This document shows, in pieces, positions 41,974-49,656 of a DNA stretch of 53,374 nt. The notes beneath the pieces were generated by a model that saw nothing but the letters and a program-made list of their open reading frames with translations, made no database searches and was not told where the DNA came from. The stretch spans positions 1-53,374 of the forward strand of contig DAIDJD010000143.1 in the NCBI GenBank assembly GCA_027451505.1. The letters run 5' to 3'. Both the position numbers and the translations under genes were made by a program. The stretch's first letter is position 1, and each line of letters opens with the position of its first letter. Origin of the DNA: a candidate division FCPU426 bacterium (GTDB lineage Bacteria; Oederibacteriota; JAJYGY01; DAIDJD01).

Positions 41974-42228
41974 GTCCGACTCCTTCGTCTTTTGGGGGGA
42001 CCGCCGGCCCCGAAAAACGGCTTAAAATTGGGGCAAAATCGTCCTAGATTCCATCATACCAGCGTCGCCCCAGGGCCACAAGGCCGGGGGCGCCGGGGGG
42101 CCAAGGGCCTGCGCCGGGGCCGGTATGGCCCCTTGTACGGCCCTCGGCCAGACCCGATAATCCGGCCGGGCGCCGCCTTCCGCGGCGCTTATCCCCGGGC
42201 GCCGGGGCCCCCTTAAGCAGGCATCCCT

Positions 42229-44169
42229 ATGTGTGGCATCGCCGGGGCCTTCGCCCCCCAACCGAATCCCCCGGATCTGCGCCCGGGCCTGGAGCGCGCC
42301 CTGGTCCGCCTTGAGCGGCGGGGCCCGGACGGCGGCGGCGTGGCCTCGGGCAAGGGCTGGGCCTTCGGGCACCGCCGCCTGGCGATCATCGACCTAGCGG
42401 GCGGGGCCCAGCCCTTCACCGGCCCCGGCGGCGCGGCCCTGACCTACAACGGCGAACTCTACAACACCCGCGAGCTGCGCGAGGAACTGCGCTCCGCGGG
42501 CTGGACCTTCACGACCGCCTCGGACACCGAGGTCGTGCTCAAGGCCTGGCTGGCCTGGGGGCCGGAATGCCTGCCGCGCTTCAACGGGATGTTCGCCTTC
42601 GCCGTCTACGATCCCTCGCGCGACAGCGTCTTCCTGGCGCGGGACCACTTGGGGATCAAGCCCCTGTTCCACCACACGGGGCCGGTGGCCTTCCACTTCG
42701 CCTCGACGCTGGCGGCCCTGCTGGCGTTCCCCGGGGTGGACGCCGTGGCCGACCCGGTCGGGGTGTCCCACTACCTCTCCACGACCAAGGTGGTCCTGGG
42801 GACGCGGACCCTGATCCGCGGGGTCTCCTGCCTGGAGCCCGGAACCTGGATGGAGGTCCGCAGGGGGCGCCCGCCCTCGGCGCCGGCGCGATATTGGAGC
42901 CCGCCCGCCGTCTCCCCGGAGCCTCTTCCCTTCGCCGAGGCGGCGGCACGGGTCCGGGAACTGGTGGGGGACTCGGTCCGCCGCCAACTCGTCAGCGACG
43001 TGCCGTTGGGCGGCTTCCTCAGCGGCGGCCTCGATTCCACCGTCATCGCCTCCCTGGCGTCCCGCCACTCGCCGCGCCCCTACCACGCCTACAGCGTGGG
43101 CTACGCCGAGGGGTCCGACGCCTACCAGGAATGGGACTACGCCCGCGAGGCGGCCGCGGCCTATGGTCTGGCCTGCGACGTGATCCCGCTGCGGCGGGAG
43201 GACTATCCCGGGGACTGGCGCCTGCTCATCGCCGAGAAGGGGCAGCCCCTGAGCACCCCCAACGAGGTCGGCATCTACCGGCTGGCCCGGGCCCTGAAGT
43301 CGGATTCCACGGTGGCCCTCAGCGGCGAGGGCGCCGACGAGGTCTTCGGCGGGTACTCGGTGTATTTCTCGGCCCACGACTACGAGCGCTCGCGCGGCCT
43401 GGACCGGATGGCCCCCGAGGGCCGGGCGTCCCTGTCCGCGGCCCTCAAGCGCATGTACGGGACCGACCGCTTCGGGTCCTTGACCGACCACTTCATCAGG
43501 ACCGTGTTTTGGATGGGATCCGGGGCCAAATTCGCGCTGCTGCGTCCGCAATGGCGGGAGGCCTTGCGCGACGACGAGACCCTGTTGCGCCACTACCTGG
43601 GCCGTTTCGAGGACCTGCGCGACCTGAGCCCCTTCGACGCGTACCTGCGCATGATCCTGGAGAAGAACCTGGAGAACCTGCTGTTCCGCCTGGATTCCAG
43701 CACCATGGCGGCCTCCGTGGAGGGCCGCGTACCCTTCACCGACCCCCGCCTGGTTTCCCTGCTGTTCTCGCTGCCGGGGAGCTACAAGATGGCCTGGGCC
43801 CCGGGGGTGGCCGAGGAACAGCGCCTGGGCGTCAACACCGCGGAAGCCGAGGCCCAGGGATGGATCACGGGAAAACTGCTGCTGCGGGCCGCCTTCGCCG
43901 ATGCCGTGCCGGAACGCATCCTGAAGCGGCCCAAGATGAGCTTCCCGGTGCCCTTCAGGGAATGGTTCGCCGGTCCCATGAGGCCCCTGGTGGAGTCCCT
44001 CCTGCGTGAGAACCCCTGGGCCCGGGACTGGCTCGCCCCGGCCGCGGTGGACGCCCTGGTCGCCGGGTTGAACCAACCGCACCAGGCCCTGCTGGCCTGG
44101 CCCCTGGTGAATCTGTGCCTCTGGCAGCAAGAGTTTGGGGTGTCCTGGGGATCCGGGAACCCGAATTAG
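42229..44169 (+). CDS. asnB: Asparagine synthase (glutamine-hydrolysing) family amidotransferase
   Basis: N-terminal MCGIAG, HRRLAIID, YNGELYN, LSGGLDS, SGEGADEVFGGY, SVEGRVPF, RPKMSF. The substrate may not be Asp. Confidence 0.9.
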   Translation: MCGIAGAFAPQPNPPDLRPGLERALVRLERRGPDGGGVASGKGWAFGHRRLAIIDLAGGAQPFTGPGGAALTYNGELYNTRELREELRSAGWTFTTASDTEVVLKAWLAWGPECLPRFNGMFAFAVYDPSRDSVFLARDHLGIKPLFHHTGPVAFHFASTLAALLAFPGVDAVADPVGVSHYLSTTKVVLGTRTLIRGVSCLEPGTWMEVRRGRPPSAPARYWSPPAVSPEPLPFAEAAARVRELVGDSVRRQLVSDVPLGGFLSGGLDSTVIASLASRHSPRPYHAYSVGYAEGSDAYQEWDYAREAAAAYGLACDVIPLRREDYPGDWRLLIAEKGQPLSTPNEVGIYRLARALKSDSTVALSGEGADEVFGGYSVYFSAHDYERSRGLDRMAPEGRASLSAALKRMYGTDRFGSLTDHFIRTVFWMGSGAKFALLRPQWREALRDDETLLRHYLGRFEDLRDLSPFDAYLRMILEKNLENLLFRLDSSTMAASVEGRVPFTDPRLVSLLFSLPGSYKMAWAPGVAEEQRLGVNTAEAEAQGWITGKLLLRAAFADAVPERILKRPKMSFPVPFREWFAGPMRPLVESLLRENPWARDWLAPAAVDALVAGLNQPHQALLAWPLVNLCLWQQEFGVSWGSGNPN

Positions 44170-44285
44170 TCCGTTGACTTTACATCTGTCAAATCGATAT
44201 CCATCTCGGTCTATTTGCCGGAATGGTCTTTAAGTCGCTACGATTGACCAAAATGATTACATGACAATCGATTAATGACTTTCAT

Positions 44286-44314
44286 TTGACGAAATATCTG
44301 GGCGACTTTATAAT
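44286..44314 (+). promoter_or_regulatory. Near-consensus sigma70 promoter of the hdr/tusA/dsrE operon
   Basis: TTGACG (44286-44291), N17, TATAAT (44309-44314). Confidence 0.85.
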
Positions 44315-44321
44315 TCAGTTG

Positions 44322-44345
44322 TTAATAAATTAATTAATTTATTAA
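44322..44345. promoter_or_regulatory. Perfect 24-bp AT-only palindrome at the predicted start site; putative repressor operator
   Basis: TTAATAAATTAA|TTAATTTATTAA, 7 nt after the -10 box. Confidence 0.75.
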
Positions 44346-44371
44346 TTTAATCCTCCCCTACGGGGTGCGCC

Positions 44372-44782
44372 ATGACGGATGCTGCGACGACAAGGCCGAC
44401 GCAAGATCGGATCCTGATCCTCGCGACCCAGGCCAGCTCCTACCCCGGAGCCAACGCCGTGGGCCAGGCCCGGCTCCAGTACGCGCCCGACACCTACATC
44501 TTCAGGGTACCGGATCCGGTGATGTTCCCCGAAACGTTCTACCTGCGCCGTTTCGAGCGCGGCTTCGCCGGGATCATCGTCATGTCCAGCGGCTCCGACT
44601 GCCCCTATGAGGGGGCCTACGCCCGCCTCTCCCAACGGATCGCCCGCGTCTACGACCTGATGAAGGAACGCGGCATCCCCTCCTCCCGGCTCAAGCTCAC
44701 GACCATCTGCACCGTGTGCCGGGCCGCCTTCCTAAAGGAGATCGCCTCGATGCGCGAGGCCATCGCGGCCCCCACCGGCTGA
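44372..44782 (+). CDS. Divergent MvhD/FlpD-like protein
   Basis: SYPGANAVGQARLQY...FRVP...FERGFAGIIV...DCPY...GIPSSRLKL matches the MvhD pattern, but most [2Fe-2S] Cys are missing and a CTVC motif is present. Confidence 0.8.
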   Translation: MTDAATTRPTQDRILILATQASSYPGANAVGQARLQYAPDTYIFRVPDPVMFPETFYLRRFERGFAGIIVMSSGSDCPYEGAYARLSQRIARVYDLMKERGIPSSRLKLTTICTVCRAAFLKEIASMREAIAAPTG

Positions 44783-44844
44783 CAACGCCCCCCCCGCCCC
44801 TCCGGGGACGCCCCACGGCGGCCCCGCCCCCTTCGGAGAACGCC

Positions 44845-45093
44845 ATGCCAGAACTCAGCGAAATCAAGGCCGCCAAGACGGTGGACGCGCGCTCGATGGC
44901 CTGCCCCGGCCCCCTGCTGGAGGCCAAAAAGGCCGTCGGCGGGGTCCCGGTGGGCCAGGTCCTGGAGGTGCTCTCCGGGGACAAGGGCAGCCGCGAGGAC
45001 ATCCCCGCGTGGTGCCGCAAGATGGGGCACGAATTCCTCGGGTTCCTCGAACGCGACGGCCACGACAGCCTCTTCCTCATCCGCAAGAGGTAG
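44845..45093 (+). CDS. tusA: TusA family sulfur carrier protein
   Basis: VDARSMACPGPLL (CPxP), GQVLEVLSGD, DIPAWC...GHEF. Confidence 0.93.
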   Translation: MPELSEIKAAKTVDARSMACPGPLLEAKKAVGGVPVGQVLEVLSGDKGSREDIPAWCRKMGHEFLGFLERDGHDSLFLIRKR

Positions 45094-45095
45094 CC

Positions 45096-46427
45096 ATGAC
45101 GGCCTCAGCCACCGTTTCCGCCTCCGCCGCGACGCTGGACGTCGACGTCCTGGTGGTGGGCGGGGGGATCGCCGGGCTTCAGTCCGCGCTCGAGGCCGCC
45201 GAACAGGGGCGCAAGGTGCTGGTGGTGGAGCGCCAACCCAGCATCGGTGGGCGCATGATCAACCTGAGCAAGGTCTTCCCGACCCTGGACTGCGCCAGCT
45301 GCATCACCACGCCGCGCATGGCCTCCGCCGCCCACCACCCCAACATCACCATCCGCACGTACTCGGAACTGGGCCCCATCCGCCGGGAGGGACCCCGCTT
45401 CACCTCCACCCTGCGCCAGAAGGCCCGCTACGTCGACGAAGCGGCCTGCATCGGCTGCAAGCGCTGCGAGGAGGCCTGCCCCGTGTTCGTCCCGGACGAA
45501 TACGAGCACGCCCTGGGGGCCCGCAAGGCCATCCGCATCCCCTTCACCAACGCCATCCCCCAGACGGCCGTGCTGGACATGGACCACTGCACCCTGTGCG
45601 GCCTCTGCGCCAAGGCCTGCCCCACGGACTGCATCGACTTCCTCCAGGAGGACGCCGAGATCCCGGTGACGGCGGGGGCCGTGATCCTGGCGACCGGCCA
45701 CGAACTCACCAGCATGGCCGCGAAGCCGGAGTATGGCAGGGCCGCCCTCCCCAACGTGATCTCCCCCATGCAGGCCGAACGCCTGCTGGCGCCCCACGGC
45801 GCCTACGGGCGGGTCCTGCGGCCCTCGGACGGGAAGATTCCGGACTCCATCGCCTACGTGCAGTGCGCCGGCAGCCGCGACGCCAGCCTGGGCGTGCCCT
45901 ATTGCTCGCGCGTCTGCTGCATGTACGCGGTCAAGCAAGCCATGCTCCTTTCCGGCTCCCTGCCGGTGGCCGACATCACCATCTACTACATGGACATCCG
46001 GGCCTTCGGGAAGGGCTACGAACAGTTCGTGGCCAGCGCCCGCGCCATGGGCATCAATTTCGTGAAGGCCAAGGTCGCGCGCATCCGCGAGGACGCCGAC
46101 CACAATCCGATCGTCCGAATCGAGCGCCAGGAGGCCGGCGGAACCGTCGAGGAGGTGCGCCACGACTTGGTGGTGCTCTCCCTCGGCATGCTCCCAGGGG
46201 CCGACCCCGAACGGGAGGGCTTCGCCGGGGTGCTCCGGGACGCGGACGGCTTCGTGCGCACGCCGGAGGCCAAGCTGTCGCCCACGCTCACCGACGAACC
46301 GGGGATCTTCGTCGCCGGGACGGCGGCCGGGCCCAAGGACATCGTCGATTCCATCCAGGACGCCGGGGGCGCCGCCATGGAGGCCCTGCGCCACCTGCGT
46401 TCCAACGGACTCGAGGGGCGGCCATGA
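45096..46427 (+). CDS. hdrA: HdrA/QmoA-B-like FAD/FeS protein, copy 1
   Basis: GGGIAG, KVFPTLDCASC, inserted 2x[4Fe-4S] (CIGCKRCEEACP, CTLCGLCAKACP), QCAGSRD...YCSRVCCMY, DIRAFGKGYE, GPKDI. Confidence 0.92.
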   Translation: MTASATVSASAATLDVDVLVVGGGIAGLQSALEAAEQGRKVLVVERQPSIGGRMINLSKVFPTLDCASCITTPRMASAAHHPNITIRTYSELGPIRREGPRFTSTLRQKARYVDEAACIGCKRCEEACPVFVPDEYEHALGARKAIRIPFTNAIPQTAVLDMDHCTLCGLCAKACPTDCIDFLQEDAEIPVTAGAVILATGHELTSMAAKPEYGRAALPNVISPMQAERLLAPHGAYGRVLRPSDGKIPDSIAYVQCAGSRDASLGVPYCSRVCCMYAVKQAMLLSGSLPVADITIYYMDIRAFGKGYEQFVASARAMGINFVKAKVARIREDADHNPIVRIERQEAGGTVEEVRHDLVVLSLGMLPGADPEREGFAGVLRDADGFVRTPEAKLSPTLTDEPGIFVAGTAAGPKDIVDSIQDAGGAAMEALRHLRSNGLEGRP

Positions 46428-48205
46428 ACGGCCCAGGAACGGCCCCGGACTCCGGGCTGGGCGAGGAAACCGAGGACGTGCGCGTGGGCGTGTACGTGTG
46501 CCACTGCGGTGGGAACATCAGCGACGTGGTCGACGTGAAGGAACTCGCCGCCCTATCGGCGGAATACCCCCACGTCGTGGTCGCGAAGGACTACCCCTTC
46601 ATGTGTTCGGACCCGGGCCAGGCCCTGATCGTCGAGGACATCAAGGCGCACGGGGTCAACCGGGTGGTGGTGGCCTCCTGCGCCCCGGCCCTCCACGAGC
46701 AGACCTTCCGGCGCGCGCTCCAGCGCGGCGGCCTCAACCCCTACCTTTACGAACACGTCAACATCCGGGAGCAGGTGAGCTGGGTCCACAAGGCGGACCA
46801 CGCCGCGGCGACCCGCAAAAGCTTGGCCCTGGTCCGTGCGGGTATCGAAAAGGTGGTGCGGCAGGACCCCTTGGAGGCCCTGCGGGTCTCGGCCGAACGC
46901 CGGGTCGCGGTCATCGGCGGGGGCGTGGCCGGGATGAAGGCCGCCCTGGCGGCGGCCGGCGCGGGCCTCGCGGTGACCCTGTTCGAGAAGGGCCCGGCCC
47001 TGGGAGGGCGCCTGCCCGAACTGGGCCGGGTTTTCCCCACCGAAGACGAGGGGGCGGCCCTGTCCCGCCGCATGGAGGAGGAGGTGCGTTCCCAACCCGC
47101 CATCGAGGTACGGCTGGGCGCCGAGGTCCGCAGGGTGGACGGCTTCGTGGGACGCTTCAGCGTGGAGGCCGGGGACGGACCTCCGGTGAAGGCCGGGGCG
47201 CTCATCGTGGCCACCGGCTATGACCCCTACGCCCCGGCGCCCGGCGAATTCGGGGCGGGCGGCCCCCTCACCGTGACCTTGCCGGAATTCCGGGCCGCGC
47301 TTGAGGGGCTTACCGAGGGCCCCCTGCTCACCTGGAAGGGCCGCCCCATCCGGGACCTGGCCTTCATCCACTGCGTGGGCAGCCGCCAAGTGGAGGGGAT
47401 CCACGCGCCCCAGGCCGACGGCAAGGTCAACGACTACTGTTCGCGGGTCTGCTGCACCGCGACGCTGCAGACCGCCGAGCGGGTGCTCGACCGGCACCCC
47501 GGCACGCGCGTCTACGACTGCTATAGGGACATACGCACCTATGGCCGGGGCCACGAGGCCATCTACGAGCGCGCCGCGAGGAAGGGGACGCTCTTCTTCC
47601 GCTACCGGGAGGACGCCCCCCCGACCCTGGTGGAGGAGGGCGGGCGCGCGCGCCTGAGGGTCAAGGACGTCCTGACCTGGGACACCGAGGTGGACCTTCC
47701 CGTGGACTTGGTCGTCCTGGCCACCGGGATGGTCCCGCGGGACATAGGGGCCCTCGCCGACTCGCAGAAGCTGCCCCGGGGCGCCGACCGCTTCCTGCAG
47801 GAGGCCCACCCCAAGCTCAGGCCGGTGGAACTGGCCAACAACGGGATCTTCCTCGCCGGGACGGCCCAGGCGCCGATGACCGTGGACGAGGCCTGCGCCG
47901 CCGCCGGGGCCGCCGCGTCAAAGGCCGCCCAACTGCTCCTGCCGGGGGAAATCCAGCTCGACCCGTTCATCGTGGCCCTGAAGCCGGAGCGATGCGACGG
48001 CTGCGGGGCCTGCCTCGACGCCTGCTCCTACACGGGCTCGCTGACCCTCAGCGGGGAGGGTCCCGGGAGACGGGTGGAGGTGAACCCGGCCTTGTGCAAG
48101 GGCTGCGGCGCCTGCGTGGCGGTGTGCCCCACGCGGGCTTTGGATATCGCCGGCTGGGGCCTCGACCAGTTCGAGGCCATGGCCGACGCGATCGCAGCGG
48201 TCTGA
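46424..48205 (+). CDS. hdrA: HdrA/QmoA-B-like FAD/FeS protein, copy 2
   Basis: N-terminal VYVCHCGGNI...FMCS...ASCAP..HEQTF...NIREQ; GGGVAG; HCVGSR...YCSRVCC; HPKLRP; C-terminal CDGCGACLDAC and CKGCGACVAVCP. Confidence 0.92.
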   Translation: MNGPGTAPDSGLGEETEDVRVGVYVCHCGGNISDVVDVKELAALSAEYPHVVVAKDYPFMCSDPGQALIVEDIKAHGVNRVVVASCAPALHEQTFRRALQRGGLNPYLYEHVNIREQVSWVHKADHAAATRKSLALVRAGIEKVVRQDPLEALRVSAERRVAVIGGGVAGMKAALAAAGAGLAVTLFEKGPALGGRLPELGRVFPTEDEGAALSRRMEEEVRSQPAIEVRLGAEVRRVDGFVGRFSVEAGDGPPVKAGALIVATGYDPYAPAPGEFGAGGPLTVTLPEFRAALEGLTEGPLLTWKGRPIRDLAFIHCVGSRQVEGIHAPQADGKVNDYCSRVCCTATLQTAERVLDRHPGTRVYDCYRDIRTYGRGHEAIYERAARKGTLFFRYREDAPPTLVEEGGRARLRVKDVLTWDTEVDLPVDLVVLATGMVPRDIGALADSQKLPRGADRFLQEAHPKLRPVELANNGIFLAGTAQAPMTVDEACAAAGAAASKAAQLLLPGEIQLDPFIVALKPERCDGCGACLDACSYTGSLTLSGEGPGRRVEVNPALCKGCGACVAVCPTRALDIAGWGLDQFEAMADAIAAV

Positions 48206-48217
48206 AGGGGGAGGGCC

Positions 48218-48511
48218 ATGACCGTCGAGGGCATGAAGAAGGTCCAGGAACAGCTCAAGACCCTGCGCAAAAGGCGCGGGCCCGTGCCGGAGGCGCTGGC
48301 CGAATCGGTCAAATCCGTGGCGCGGGCCCAGGGCGCGGTGCTGGCCGCGCTGAAGGGGGGGCCCCGCACGGTCCCGGAGCTCTCCGCCTCCACGGGCCTG
48401 CCCGGCGCCGAAGTCCTCTGGAACGTGACCGCGCTGCGGAAGTACGGGCAGATCGACGACGGCCCGGCGCGGGACGGCTACCCCACCTATGCGCGAAAGG
48501 AACGGCCATGA
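48218..48511 (+). CDS. Small winged-helix-like protein
   Basis: VLAALKGGPRTVPELSASTGLPGAEVLWNVTALRKYG...DGYPTY; ATGA-coupled to the next gene. Confidence 0.7.
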   Translation: MTVEGMKKVQEQLKTLRKRRGPVPEALAESVKSVARAQGAVLAALKGGPRTVPELSASTGLPGAEVLWNVTALRKYGQIDDGPARDGYPTYARKERP

Positions 48512-49656
48512 GCGACGTGGTCGACGCGGGCCTGCTTCCCGAGCTCAGGTCCTACGGCGCCTTCGACATCTCGGCATGCTTCAACTGCGGCAACTGCTCG
48601 GCGGTCTGCCCGCTGTCCGACGGGGAGGGTTCCTTCCCGCGGAGGATGATCCGCCTGGGCCAACTCGGCCTGCGGGACCGCCTCCTCGCCGGCCGCGAGG
48701 CGTGGTTGTGCTACGCCTGCGGGGAATGCACCGCCACCTGCCCGCGCCAGGCCGGCCCCTCCGACTACATGGCGGCCTTGCGGCGGTGGTCGGCGGCCCG
48801 GCACGAGCCCACCGGCCTGGGCAGGCTTATGCACCGCGGAGCCTGGGGCGTCTCCGCCGTGACCCTCGGGCTGGGGGCGGCCCTGGCGGCGGCGCTCCTC
48901 ACCGTGCCGGCCCCCCCCTCGCCGCCCCAGTGGATCTTCCGCGCGGTGCCCTACGGCGCCATCCACGAGGTGGGTCTGGCGGTGTCCGCCCTCCTGGCCG
49001 TGTCCCTGGCGTGGTCCCTGGGCCGCTTCCTGCGCCGGGCCGACCCGGGATTCCGGTCGCTGTCGAGGCCGCTGGCCGACCACCGCGCCGCGGCCAAGGC
49101 GACCCTGCGGGAACTGGTCCAACTCCGCCGCTGGGCTCCGGCGGCGCCGGGGCGTGCCGACCCCGGTTCACCCCGGGCCGCGCACATGCTGATCGCGGGC
49201 GGGTTCATGGCCCTCCTGGCGGCGACCAGCCTGGACTTCGTCTTCATCTACCTGCTCAAGTTCGCCTCGTTCCCGCCGGCCCGCGTCCTGGGCACCCTGG
49301 GAGGCGCGGCCCTGCTCCTGGGCGTGAGCGCGGCCCTGCTGCGGCGCGCCCGGGCGGCGGACCCGGCCGTGCGCCGCAGCCACGCCGCGGACTGGTGGCT
49401 GCTGGGGGCCCTATGGTTCCTGGCGGTGAGCGGATTCTGGCTGGAGGCCGACGTGGGCCTGCGCGTCGCCGGGGCGTTCCAGGACGGGGTGCTGCTGCTG
49501 CATGTGGTGGCTGCCCTAGAGCTCATCCTGCTGTTGGGCTCCGGCAAACTGGCCCACGTCGTGTACCGTCCCCTCTCCCTTTACCTCCATTACTTGGACG
49601 GGGGATCCGCGTCCGCCGGGGGCTGCGGCGGGGCCGTTTCGAGGAGCGCGCCATGA
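48508..49656 (+). CDS. QmoC-like protein: HdrC-type 2x[4Fe-4S] domain fused to a membrane cytochrome b domain
   Basis: CFNCGNCSAVCP and WLCYACGECTATCP, then about 6 TM helices with His at IHE, AHM, LHV and KLAHVVYRP. Confidence 0.87.
   Translation: MSDVVDAGLLPELRSYGAFDISACFNCGNCSAVCPLSDGEGSFPRRMIRLGQLGLRDRLLAGREAWLCYACGECTATCPRQAGPSDYMAALRRWSAARHEPTGLGRLMHRGAWGVSAVTLGLGAALAAALLTVPAPPSPPQWIFRAVPYGAIHEVGLAVSALLAVSLAWSLGRFLRRADPGFRSLSRPLADHRAAAKATLRELVQLRRWAPAAPGRADPGSPRAAHMLIAGGFMALLAATSLDFVFIYLLKFASFPPARVLGTLGGAALLLGVSAALLRRARAADPAVRRSHAADWWLLGALWFLAVSGFWLEADVGLRVAGAFQDGVLLLHVVAALELILLLGSGKLAHVVYRPLSLYLHYLDGGSASAGGCGGAVSRSAP

Noticed and set aside
42229-44169. Lasso peptide cyclase
   Set aside because: It has an intact N-terminal Cys glutaminase domain, and no precursor, B protein or RRE gene is nearby.
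44174-44192. FNR box
   Set aside because: TTGAC-N9-GTCAA does not match the TTGAT-N4-ATCAA spacing.
44372-48205. Selenocysteine recoding in MvhD/HdrA
   Set aside because: The ORFs are uninterrupted, and the missing Cys positions are sense codons rather than TGA.
45096-49656. Canonical qmoABC of a sulfate reducer, or an sHdr sulfur-oxidation cluster
   Set aside because: No aprAB, sat, hdrB or lipoate-binding genes are in the window, MvhD is separate and degenerate, and tusA/dsrE2 are embedded. Partners elsewhere in the genome cannot be excluded.
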